Made by a program: the position numbers and the translations under genes. The notes beneath the pieces were generated by a model, which saw only the letters and a program-made list of their open reading frames with translations, was not told where the DNA came from and ran no database searches. Source: Basidiobolus meristosporus CBS 931.73 (taxonomy: Eukaryota > Fungi > Basidiobolomycota). From it: DNA of 64,000 nt. The first letter of the stretch is position 1; each line of letters starts with the position of its first letter. The DNA is taken from positions 36,523 to 100,522 of the forward strand of contig MCFE01000300.1 of assembly GCA_002104905.1 (NCBI GenBank), in the 5' to 3' direction. Positions 39,630 to 51,461 of the stretch are shown here, piece by piece.

Positions 39630-42130
39630 TTACACCTTGTACTGCTGGTAACGTATACATCTTGCAAACAAATGCTTGGCTGCCGCCACCTTTGCCATGA
39701 GTACCTCCTCAATATCCACAACAAACTTTTTCATATTTAGCCAATATATTCCTTCTCCCTGTTCAATCCTAGTCCCTCTTATAGGTGCAATCTGGCTCTT
39801 ATTTGTGTTGATTCTGTGTTGAATGGTGTAGAAGTTGGCTTGTGGCCAAGAGAAATATCTCATACCTTGGTAAAGTATTCCTGACAAAAGTTAGTTGTTT
39901 GATGTACCCAACCCAATTTTGCACTACTTAACTGATTACCCATGCATTGGGGCTGTTTAGCTTCTTAATGCAATAGGCATAGGTGTCTCCATGTGTGCAT
40001 CTGTCCTCAGTACTTTCAGACTCTTCCTTGCTGTCCTCCATGTGCCAACTTGATACATTTATGACAGACCTGAAGGTAGTATTCTTGATGAGATTGGGAT
40101 ATGTTAGTACCTGCAGCTTGACTCCTCTTCCTATCTCCCCACATATCTGCTCCATAGAAAACTCCCAAAATGTGAAGCAAGGCCCAGTATTCTCCACATA
40201 CCAAGCAAGATGGAGTAGAGAATGGATACAGTAGTGGCAGATACATACATGTTCAGCTTTATGCTGGTAGTATAGCCACCCAAATCCCATTACAAACTCC
40301 TTGCACAACAGCTGTAAGTGTGTTAAGTTGGCATTGGTGATCTGCTTTTGGATAAGTATTCCTACAATGTTCACAAATGACTCCCAATGTTTCTAATGTA
40401 CTCTTAGTAGGAATGGCTTCAGAATGCCTCTTGAATAAACAGATATCCATTTCATCCAGTCTGTGCATTTTTATTGTTGCATATGCATATGAATATTGAT
40501 TGGAGCCGGTAAGAAGTACTTTGGGTAGCAGATACCCTTTGATATCTTGCCAAATCTTCCAAATCTTCTGGTATCTCAAAGGGCGCATTTGGCTTGAAAT
40601 GCTCCATGTACAACTTGGTCATCATTATAGGGATATTATTGAGAAGCAATTGCATTGCTTCCAGTGGAAAGCTTTTGATCCAATAGATACACTATATGTT
40701 AAGTATCTCTGGTTTCCAATTGATTCTGTATTCTGGCCTATTGCTTATAGCTTGCCAACTTTGCTGCAATTACATGCAGACTTTGGTATGTTCTCTCTGT
40801 GAGAAGAAAACTTTCCTAGTATTGATGTTTGGGTAATGGTAATGTGTTTCAGTTATGGAGTAAGTCCCCTGGATTTCACACATTTGGCAGCAATACAGTC
40901 CATTGTGTCCAGAAAAGCTGGTTATCTTGCTGATGGCTGTGGTATCTCCAATGCAGATAACAATATATTCTTTTACATGATTGCCATTTGCTGTTGTACC
41001 ACTGGAAAGCATATAAAAATCATCCAGCAATAAATACAGGTAGCTGTCCTGGTTGGATGGTGATTTAGGCTCAGATATCAGTGAGACTACCATTAGATTT
41101 TTGCTCTGATACTGTAGATTTAGGTTAATGAGAATCAGTGGCCAGCCGGATATGCTGGTAGGGTACTTGTATAATAAGAATTCATAAAGTGCTAAGGCAA
41201 TGGCATGGCCATACATACCTTCAAAGTAGCCCTTGCTTCTCAGCTGTTGGTAATGTTTGCCATCAAGTATATTGGATATGTTTGTGCTTGATTGATTTTG
41301 AGTGAGGTACTCTATCACTCTGTATATTTGTTGGACTGCATGAGCTTCTTTAGACAGGGTATAACCAGAATATATTTGGAGTGTGAACAATGCTTTCCTC
41401 AATGGTGGTGTATTACTGACAACTTGGACATGTTGCATGCAACTGTTAACATATGCTGGAATCAGGATAGTCTCTGGTAAATATATTGCCAGCTGCATGA
41501 CAGTTGTCTGCCTGTACCATGTACATGATAAGTTGCATCCCAGAATGATTTTGGCCAGAAGTAGTAATAAGTCCTCTAAGTCCCCATTACTGATATTAGT
41601 GGAAATGAGCCACCTCTGTAATCACATCCTTACTCCATTCACCAGTAGATGGATTACTGGGCTTACTTGACTCCATGAAGTATCCCTTGCAATTATTTCA
41701 ATGGGTGTTATCTTATTGCATATTGGAACTTGACCAGGCTCATGTGTGGTACTGTTGATAGTGGAGATATACTCACAACTCATCAGTGAGGCTTCTTTGT
41801 CAGAGCTGTCACTCTGAGTGCTAAACTCAGAAGGCTAAGGTGAGCCTGATGGCATCACAAATGCACCTGACTCAGTTGTGCAAGGTGACAAAAATGGCCA
41901 GGTGCTAATATAGAAGTATCAACTGGCTGGCAAGATAATAGTGATACAGTAGTACTGATGAATGGTCAAATATGACTTGTGTGGCAAAACACTGGCTGTG
42001 ATCCTTGTAATACTTTCTATGCTGACTGCATGCTTCATGGCTGAGAAGCTTGCTACAATAGCCACATGGACTTTTTCATCTTCTCTTATGGCATTGAATC
42101 AAAGCAGTCTTGTCCATGGGGTAAACAGTC
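39630..42130 (-). pseudogene. CACTA/EnSpm Tnp2 (Transposase_21-like) transposase, fragmented
   Basis: N-terminal PCGYCSKLL...HRKY at about 42050-42100. ILDGKHY, WPLILINLNL, LISEPKSPSNQDSYL, GDTTAISKITSFSGHNGLYCCQMC in ORF 40770-41498. HSLLHLA...TGPCFTFWEFSMEQICG in ORF 39928-40374. Confidence 0.85.
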
Positions 42131-42479
42131 TGACCTTCAATAATGTAACGCTGTCATATTACTCTCTGGTCAATGCTCATGTGAGTTTAGGACAGTCTTA
42201 TATTTGAGATATTGCACCTACATGAATCTTAGATTCAAGAAAAACCTACCATAGTAAGCATTATAAATAAAGTTGCGGCTCCACATACACATGTATGTGT
42301 AAAACTATTTTCTCTTTGGTTTGGCTCACTTCCATGTATATGCAGCCAAAAAATAAAGTAAAATTGTCTGGTTCTCAACTAAACCCTACTGCTGATGGCG
42401 GCAGAAGAACAGTTGGACAACAGCTTGCTTTGACATTCAGTGTAATAAGCAGGGCTACATCCAAAAAAGACCACATTGA

Positions 42480-43885
42480 CAGTGTGCCCACTGAAGGTAA
42501 TTATGCAGACTCCTCAGGCTCTCAGTCAAGTAGGCAATTGAGCACTTCTGTGGTGTTGCAAGCTGACCATTATTCTCAGGAAGATGAGAATGTAGCAAAT
42601 GCAGTACCCTCAGCTGAAGACCAGCAAGTGTCTTACCTAACATCACCACCACCCATATTAGCAAGTATATTGTCAGCACATACCAAAGCATTAAAGAGCA
42701 ATTAGGTGCAGTGGCTGATTGAATTAATGCAATGGTCCAGAGAAATCAGGAAATAGTCCAGAAACAGGATGAGAAGATAATACATGTAGAGCAATCAATA
42801 TCCCAGGTAGAGAAAGCAGTATCTTTGCTGCAAAGAAGGAACTCAAGTAGCTCAATGTCACAGTCAAGAATTGAGCCATATCTTGATGTAAAAGCAAGGA
42901 ACATTCTACAGTCTTTGAAGCACAACTACAGTGCCCAAAGATAAAGCCCACAGAAAAATCTATTGCTGCATGGGAGGGAGACAATGTGCCACTTATACCA
43001 AAGCCTAAAAATCAAAAGACAGTGAAGATTGGTGAAGCCATTGAGTGCAATAATGAAGAGTGGGCTGATATTCAGGAGGCCATCAGGAGTCTAGCGCACC
43101 ATCACCTTAAGGCTGGCATATCATGGGTCCATCAGGAACCCAAGGCCAAGCAGTATGAACTTGACTTGTTCCATGAGCATTATCCTGGATTCAAACAGGC
43201 AAACGGATTTTGGGCCAGCATTGGTATGCTAAGAAAGTATCTTAAGAATAGCAGAAACTATCAAAGGCCAAATAACAAGGGTGCCATGGCTAAAACTATC
43301 AGCTTCCTCAAGAGCCCTTTACAAGCAGGGCCAAAAGCTCCAAACATGTGTCAATGAGATGTCAGGCAGCTGGAGGAGTGCCAACAAGGGACAAGCAGGC
43401 AGACATGGATGCACAGCACAACATTTTTTAAGGAAAAGTGTAGTACCACTTGATTTCTGGCTGGTGTTCTGCTGGTAATCTGCTGGTGTTCTGCTGGTGT
43501 TCTGATGGTATTTTGCTGGTATGCTGCTGATATTTTTGGCTCAAAATTTCAAATGCAGCTCTTAATAGAAGTAATGGGCAGCTAATTACAAAGCTTGGCA
43601 TGGATGCTTGCTGGCCTAGTCTCCTCCTGCAGAATCAGTTTGCTTGCCTGCCCACCAGCTAGCAACAAAGATATTGAGAGTTATCAATTTGGAGAGACTT
43701 GGATTTCAGCTGATATTATGATGGTATTTTACTGGCCTTTTCTTCTTTTTTCAGGGTACAAGAAGCACTCAGGCAATGTAGCATTGAAAGACCAGGTAAT
43801 AATCAAGGAAAAGGTAAAGGAAGAGTTTCTACCCAAGCCTGAGACAATGAAGCATGCAGAAAATACTGCAGCTCTTGCTAATTAA
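42480..43885 (+). pseudogene. Family Y accessory ORF2 of unknown function, fragmented and interrupted by a MITE
   Basis: ORF pieces 42732-42944, 42986-43357 (ISWVHQ...HYPGF...WASIGMLR) and 43757-43885. Homologues at 17750-18420 and 46360-47085. Confidence 0.55.
43447..43756. mobile_element. CMC-type MITE (CCCTG terminus), TSD TAC, left end partly deleted
   Basis: Reverse-complement match to 57188-57508. TAC at 43444-46 and 43757-59. The empty site ...TATTACAAGAAGCAC is present at about 46735-46750 (reverse complement). Internal roughly 11-bp TGCTGGTGTTC repeats. Confidence 0.75.
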
Positions 43886-44065
43886 TGCTGCAGGCCTGGA
43901 ACAGACTGAATCCCATCATAGCCAAGAAGAATTACCAACCAGAAAACAGCTCTTTTCATATGAGTTGTAAGTGCAGCCATTTGAGCTACACTCCAGCAAG
44001 GTAGATGAGTTTGCAGAAAATGCAATTGGTGTATCACAGCCTCCATATCCTCCACTGTTGAGAGA

Positions 44066-44515
44066 GTGGATATCCCACCAACAGACAAGTCTACACTGTC
44101 AACAACTCAAAAGATTATCACAATGCCTTCAGTGGAACTTTGGAACATTAATAGGCACAACAAGAGGCTGCAGCACTTCTTCATGGGCAGTACTCAAGAA
44201 AACTCACTTGAATATTGCAAGTATTTATTGCAAAGACTGGCAGATGAGGTGATAGACCTTGCCATGCTGACTGAAGACCAGGACATGTGGGAACCAGTGA
44301 ATGAACATTGGCATAAAGCTGTTGGGTTCCCACCAAAGTTATGGAAACAGAGCATTACAACAGAAATACTTATTATGTGGTGGATTTTAATGGAGTTACT
44401 TGCTGAGTGTGGGGCTGGGCTTTATGTTAGTTTAAGGTGTATGGACTTGAATAGGTCAATAAAATTGGCAATTGAGTTTCAATTGAAGTTTCAACGGAAA
44501 TATATCAATTTCTAG
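44066..44515 (+). CDS. Hypothetical protein of repeated family Z (149 aa open in this copy)
   Basis: Homologues at 52190-52629 and about 44860-45150, with a fragment at about 22400-22445. No recognisable domain. Confidence 0.4.
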   Translation: MDIPPTDKSTLSTTQKIITMPSVELWNINRHNKRLQHFFMGSTQENSLEYCKYLLQRLADEVIDLAMLTEDQDMWEPVNEHWHKAVGFPPKLWKQSITTEILIMWWILMELLAECGAGLYVSLRCMDLNRSIKLAIEFQLKFQRKYINF

Positions 44516-44859
44516 GCATGAAATGTAAGAGAAATGGTTGAGTCAGGAAGTTAGGAGTGTGAAAAAGAGGCAATGGCCAATCAATGTATACAAACATAGG
44601 AGGTAATCAAGTGTCCAGAATCAAAAAGTGAGCAAATTGGTAGGGAACCAATCAAAAGCCACTTATATATTGTGGTGATGAAAATTCTGACCAAGTTTTT
44701 TGTGAAATCTGTGGTGCAATTATTTTTCAATGGTCTCTACATAGTGTCCTGATGGGTTCAATACCTCTTAGTCTTGGGACTTTGAATCTGTGACAGCTGT
44801 TTGATGGGATCTTCACAATAATTTCTCATAGGGTCAAGAAAATATACTTGAATAATGAA

Positions 44860-45450
44860 AGAATTTGTTGCAATGGCTGGCATATAAAGTAATAGGCCTT
44901 GCAGTGATGGCTGAAGACCATGATATATGGGAGCCAGTGACTAAGAAATGGCAAAATACTGTAGAATATCTGCTAAAGGCTAGGTAGACTGCCATAGGGT
45001 TCCTGTTGAAGTTATGAAAAAAGGGCTTAGAGTTACTTGTTATAGATGAGGTTGGGCAAAATGCAGGTGTTGGGTATATGGACTTAGATATATCATTTTA
45101 ATCTGTAATTCAGCTGTCACAGAGGATTTGATACATATGAACCAATTTCTTTGTATGGAAAGCTAGACCTTCTATTGCATTTGGAAGTAAGGAGCATGAA
45201 AAAAATGCAATAGCCAATAGGGGTATACAGACAAAAGAAGAGATTGAGTTTCTGGAATCAGAATGTGACATAATGAACAGAGAACCAATCTAAAGCCACT
45301 GAGGAATAGATGTGAAGAGATTTTTGACCAGGTTTTTTGTGGAATCTAAGGTACAACTCTTTAGTGGTTTGTGCACAGTGTTTCAATTACATCACTATCT
45401 TCTACTCATGGGATTTGGACCATGCAATGGCCTTTTGATATGCTCATTCC
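44860..45450 (+). repeat. Diverged tandem copy of family Z 3' part and downstream sequence
   Basis: Matches about 44230-44800. Confidence 0.6.
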
Positions 45451-45983
45451 TTTATTTCTCAGAGGGATGTGTTTGCCATATATAGGGAAAACTTGATGAT
45501 GCTTTGTCAGCCTTTATGTGGGGCTTGGTTGGCCAGATCATGGAAGTATAGCAGCCTACAGCTAGTAATTAGAATGCCACCATATCAGCTTACTGTATGA
45601 TATTTCATTTTCTATTGCCCTATATGACATTTATACGTTCCAATATAGAATTATATCTCTTTAGCTGCTTACTCACTACTATCATGGGTATTCTTTATAA
45701 CCAATATAATAAAAGAATCTATGGTCTGATGCTGCCAGACAACTACATATGGTAACACTTGCAGCAACTAATGCCATATTGTAATCATAACTTTATAGCG
45801 TTTCAGAGTGATACTTCTAAGATACCATATTCCTTGTGTCACTGGCAGCATATGTATCCCGCAAACACTTGCTGGTTGTCACTGCTTTTGACAAGATCAC
45901 CTCTTGAATATATTCAGAGAATCTTTTATTGACCAAAATATTCCTTGCTCCTACTTGACACTAGTTCTCTTGAAGATGTATTT

Positions 45984-46352
45984 TGCCTATGATCTGCTGC
46001 TTAAATGTTTAAGGTAAATCACTTTTTAGTTGAATCAGCCTGTTTTAAGTATATTGTATCAGTAAATCAGTATTGTCTATTAATTCAGTAGTTCAGTCAG
46101 CAGATGAAATAGCAGACCCTTATCAGAGTGAAATAGGTGTATTAAGTAAGCTCTGACAAGATGATGATGCTAGAATTAAATGAGTCTTCAGCAACAACTC
46201 ACATAAGGTAACACAATTAGTCAGCAATCAATCTGGCACAGTGTTTATAAGGAGCTGCTGGAGCCTCAGTAAAGATCAGTTCAAGTTTCAGTGAGTGCAA
46301 TACTAGCTAAATACTCTATTACTCTGCAACTCTTGTATCAAGACTTGTAACA
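45984..46352 (+). repeat. Ty3/gypsy family LTR (apparently solo)
   Basis: Matches 33238-33604 and ends CTTGTAACA. No TSD seen. Confidence 0.8.
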
Positions 46353-46359
46353 CCTTATT

Positions 46360-47084
46360 CAACTGAATGTCCATGCATTAGAGCTGCTTGGATTCTTAGC
46401 ATGGAAGGCATGGGTGCCTCCAGGTACCCATTTGAACTCAGTAGCTTTCAACTGGTGCTAGTATCCTTTATAGACAAGCTGCCTTTCTCTGCAAGCTCCT
46501 CTACATGACAGGAATGTAGCTTAATTGGCTGCACCTCCAACTCTTTATAAAATAGCTGTTGTCTTGTTTGTATTTATTCTTTGCTGCTGTGGGGCTTAGC
46601 CGGCTCTAAGCTCACAGCATTGGTCAGTGAGAACTGCAGCTTTTTTCCACCCTACCCTGTGACTGGCATATGTAGAGTCTCTTCTATTTATCTTTACCTT
46701 CATCAATGGCATATCTTTCACTGCTACTGTGGCTAAGTGCTTCTTGTAATAGACTACACTTTTTCTACAATATGCACTGCTCTGGTGCATTTGTTTCTGC
46801 CTGCTTGTCTCCTACAGACACTTTTCTGGCTGCCAGATATTTCTTTGCTGCCTGCTTGGAGGTTTCAGCTCTGCCTGCAACAATATTTTGTGAAAGCTGC
46901 ATGTTCTTAGCCATGGCACCCTTGTTCTTCTGTCATTGATAGCTTTTGATATGCTTGCAAGACCATCTTAGCATTCCAATGCTGGCAAAAAATCTGCTTG
47001 CAAACTTCAATCCAGGAAGATGCTCATGGACCAAATCAAGAACATTCTGCTTGCCTTTAAGTTCCTGATGGTCCCATGTCATGT
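46360..47084 (-). mobile_element. Family Y ORF2 3' part
   Basis: Reverse-complement match to 43120-43445 plus 43757-43890. Confidence 0.7.
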
Positions 47085-47759
47085 TTGCTCCAGATGATGC
47101 TACTGAACCAGCCTGCCATGCTACATGCTGACTTGTTCTTTTACTTGCCAAAGGCTCTGGTAGTGGAGGCACTTCATGCAGGTCATCATCAGTAAGTTCA
47201 CCATAAGAACCTTGCTGATGGTGAGGTGTAATGGCATGTGCAGGCATAACTGGATGCGCTGGCATGGCCCTTGGCTGAGTTCAATGTTATGCTGCTAAGT
47301 GATGCAACTTGGCCTGCTCCAACGGACTTGTGTCTAAATGAGCAGTTTGGCAAGTTCTGGTGGTTTGCTCAGAGGCAAGCACATTGACTCAACATGCATT
47401 GACTTCATGTGGGCCGCTCTTGTAAAGGGTGTTGGTGTAGTTTGGACTGATGTGTGCTGGCACCCTGAAGTTCCAAGGGATAATAAGGAATTCCGCAAGA
47501 CATGCTGGAGCAATCTAGGTGCTGTTGCTTGTGGTCTATATTCTTCCTCTTGCAGCTCACCATCTGATTCCTCAAGGTATTCACTTACCCTCTGTCTGAT
47601 ACTTTGGAACTGTTGCCTGGATGAGTCATGTGTATATTGCTCTTGGAAGCTACTTAGCTCTACTAATATATCATGCATTCATTTGTCATTTGAGGCAAAA
47701 ACTCATTCAAATCTCTTTAGTTCCCAAAGTTGAAGCGCAAACACACATGTCCAGCCCAT

Positions 47760-48829
47760 TGTGGTGGTGTATAAGTCCAAGGGAGAGAGGTGTTTAACAC
47801 ATCTCAAATGTTTTGTGTGTGGGGTGTTCACTGGGTGCAATAACCTCTGGCAAAAGCTTGCTAGGAATACTTGGGTTCTGTCACTAATCTAATGTGATGG
47901 GTAAAAAGCCACAAGCTTGTCAAGGGAAAACTATTGAGCTACAATCCCCAACTAAGTTGGCGTCTTAGTAAAAGTATGTGCTGGGCTCAGCATCCCTTGA
48001 GATAACAATGTACTAAAGCTTCCAAAGTCAAAACAACTGTAAACTCCACCCACAGGGACTTGATGAGAATGCAGCTGTGGTCAATAGTTACAAAGACAGA
48101 AAAGTATCTTTGCCTGTACAAGAACAAACTTGGGAAAGAATCAAATATAATAAAAGATACCTACTCTGAGTATTCCTCATAAGTAGTGCCTCCAAGGTCA
48201 GTTGGCTGTCAGCATGGCTTCCTGGGAGTGTCATGTGGTCTGGGGTTGGAAGTTCAGGTAGCAGCAGGTACCAGTGTTCACACTAATCAACAAGTTGGTA
48301 TATTGATAAAAGGGATGATGATTTATTGTTGAGGGATTGCCTCCCTTATATACTTTTCTCACTGGCTAAGTGATTACTAATCATGGTGTTCCAGAAGGTT
48401 CTGGTGATCAATAGGAATCTTAATGACATCAGAATGAGCTAAGAGTATTCTAAGTAGGTGCCAGAAGGTTCTAAGAGGCACAACACATCTAACCAATCAG
48501 GAATCTGTACTCTGAAACCTGCATAACATAGGGATACCATATATGGTATGGAAATGGTAGGGATGGTGACATGGGTTGATCATGTGTCATGGGTACTGCG
48601 CCAGGTACTTGCCTAATACAGAAGCACTTACAGCTAGTAATCTTACATAAAGTGAGGGATAACTTATGCAATAAGGTAAGCAGTTGTGATAGTCAACCAG
48701 CTTATGGGATAGTACTGATCAGGTAAGACAAATGGGATAAAACTAAAGCAAGTGTAGTAGAGAAATAGGCAAGTAGAAAATTTGGGAATGAGCACATCTG
48801 TCAATGGGTGTCACTGTGACCCCACTACA
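47760..48829 (-). repeat. Solo LTR of an X-related family (X2), 1070 bp, TSD CCAT/CTAT
   Basis: TG...CA termini similar to family X. Shares blocks 47810-47850 and 48300-48650 with X. The flanks rejoin into the Myb-like ORF seen intact at 30820-30850. Confidence 0.8.
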
Positions 48830-49586
48830 CTATACTGTGCAAATTACGCACAAAATTGTTCCCATGTGGCTTCCTCATCAAATCCCCTCACTCTCAGCTC
48901 ATTCTTGATTTCAATACTTCTCTTGTTTAATATCTTCTTACATACATCCACTGGCATCTTGATGTAGAACTCATGCCACAGCTTTCTACTCAGATTCTTC
49001 CATCTTTGTCAAATCTCTGAGGTATCTAATTCTGCTAGATTTATGAGTTGTGCCCAAATATCTGTATGAAGGCTCATCATAGACACTTGGGCCATACTAA
49101 ACTCATTTGGCAAGAACTTGAATGAATCCAATATTGACTTCTCAGGTCTGGACCACACTTGTGGGCTGGGGGATCGGTTCTGTCTGGGTTGCACTAAACG
49201 TGAGTTGTGGCTTGGTATAGGGACCATAGTGACAAATTTGGATACTTATACAGCAGTTTATTGGCATCAGCCTGGTCTTATATGAAATACACATGTAAAT
49301 CAATGTGATTGCTGAGTTTTGCATATTTTATGCATGATGCATCTTGGATCCCATTGACACAGATTGGATCCCATCAATTGCAGATTTCCTATTTGATTAC
49401 AGACTTGTGAGTAAAGCATCAATAAATATAATAAATCATTGTTTGAGGATAATTTTTGCAACATAATGATGTGATAAATGGCAATTGATGGAGATTTAAT
49501 CATAATGCATGGAAAATGAGATAAACAAAGCTGATAGCACCAATTCAATTCAATTCACCTCAGCCTGATCACCTACCAAATTTAAT

Positions 49587-50471
49587 ATGACTTACTCATC
49601 TGAATGGTCCTTTCTCATCAATCCCACCACTACTACTGGATTCCCTTTTGATACACTAGAGGAGATCTATACAAAGTACTGTTGACCATCTACCTCCATC
49701 TACTGAAGGAGCTCCTTTGTTAAGCTTCTCTGCTATTACAAGAACTATTGCCTCACAAGGTTTCATCCTACCATCCATGGCCACAAAAGTCCTAGAAGCT
49801 TTCATTCCCAGCTAAGAGCAATGCAGTACCACTTTGCAGAGGGTTTGAATGACTTAGAGCAAGCTTGGAATACTAGGTTCAGAAGCTCCAGTAGACTTTC
49901 ATATCCCAGAGTGTTCAGCAACAGCTTCCATAATAGGAGTAGTTTGGATACCTTCCCAGTCAGGATTAACAGAGCTTTGAGAGGGCAGAAGCACTTTAAT
50001 TCTGGCAAGTTCAAGGCACACTGTGTGAAGTTTCAATCACTGTCTGACATTGAGGGTAACATCATCTGGTTTAGTGGGCCATTTGCTGGAAGTAGGCATG
50101 ACAAAGCACTCTGGGTAGAGAAGCATCCAGAATTCCGTAGAGGGGAGAAATGTAAGGCAGACTTAGTTTATATAGGAGAGGATTTGCAGAGATTAGGATG
50201 TATTAGAGCATATAGGAAGCCAAGGAATGGTGTGCTGAGCAGGAAACAGAAGCTCTACAGTTAGATATTTAATCATTTCAGAGTGAGGGTAGAGCACACA
50301 TTTGGATATCTGAGGATATTTGGCATACTGGCTGGTAAATATAGAGGAAAGTCATATATAGGTGAAAACAGCATAATAGGTAAAATAGTTAAGATACTTA
50401 TCAATGCACAGTATATTTATACAAGAAGATATCCACTAAGAGAAATGTGTCTGGAGCATTATGAAGAATAA
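49587..50471 (+). pseudogene. DDE_Tnp_4 transposase of PHIS copy 2, disrupted
   Basis: SLDTFPVRI, SRHDKAL, KADLVY, RVEHTFG in ORFs 49821-50264 and 50283-50471. Confidence 0.88.
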
Positions 50472-50723
50472 ATAACACAAGGAAAGCACTATTCTGAGCA
50501 ACATAAGTAAAGTATGCTGAGTTTCTCTTGGTCCCAAGCCAATTTCTACACCATTCAAAAGCCAGAGCACATCTATAAGGTGGACTGCAATCCAGTAGGG
50601 ACAAAGAATGTATTGGATAAATACCAAAAGGTTCTTTGCTGATATTCAGAAGATATTCAAAGCAATAGTGGTGGCAACCAAGTATATGTTTGCAAGATGT
50701 ATATGTTAGCAGCAATACACAGT

Positions 50724-51458
50724 AGACTTGTTCTATTGGATAGTGCCACATTGAGCCATGAGTGCCAAATGATGCCAAAGTGTGCCAGGGAGGCCAAGTG
50801 AGCCTATGCTTGGCACACAGAGTGTGAAACATAGATCTGCATCTTTGTGCAAAGCAGCCCCTGTGTCTCACTCATTGTGATGGAGAAAATTTATTTTTTG
50901 ACCTTTTTTTTTAGGGCAATGTTGTACAGGATGTGCAAGAGCACTAAAGTATTGAGGATATGCATCTGGTACTCAATACCCATGGCACTCTGAATCTAGC
51001 TCCTGTGGCTTGTAACATGTCACAAAAATGCATGGCACTATCTTGGTCCACTGGTACTATCTGGCACTATAAGTGCTTTGTATTGATCTTACTTTAGGGC
51101 TAATATCTAAATATAGTGCTGGATAGTACCAGTGGACCAAGAAAGTGCCATGCATTTTTGTGACATGTTACAAGCCACAGGAGCTAGATTCAGGGTGCCA
51201 TGGGTATTGATTACCAGATATATATCTTCAATCCTTTAGTGCTCTTTCACATCCTGCACAATATTGATCCACAAAAAAACATCACAAAATGGATTTTCTC
51301 CTGCATCATAGGTGAAATACAGGGGATGCTTTGCATAAAGATGCAGATCTATGTTTCACACTCTGTGGCCAAGTATAGGCCCACTTGACCTCTCTGGTAC
51401 ACTATGGCATCATTTGGCACTCATGGCTCAATGTGGCACTATCCAACAGATCAAGTCT
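50724..51458. mobile_element. 735-bp foldback (long-TIR) non-autonomous element of the AGACTTG family, TSD AGT
   Basis: AGT at 50721-23 and 51459-61. Arms at about 50724-51061 and 51122-51458 are inverted repeats around a spacer of about 60 bp. Confidence 0.92.
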
Positions 51459-51461
51459 AGT

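Larger units (their letters stand above)
39023..43890 (-). mobile_element. CACTA/EnSpm (CMC)-type element, family Y: transposase on minus and a divergent ORF2 on plus; termini not resolved
   Basis: Transposase motifs (next feature) and multiple partial copies elsewhere in the window. Confidence 0.75.
47085..50510 (+). mobile_element. PHIS element copy 2 (Myb-like ORF on minus, interrupted by LTR-X2; transposase on plus), both ends lost
   Basis: Reverse-complement match to 29250-31490. Confidence 0.85.

Noticed and set aside
43455-43530. Short repeat array resembling CRISPR or a telomere seed
   Set aside because: Units of about 11 bp are adjacent with no unique spacers, and they lie inside a MITE that is also found at 57188-57508.
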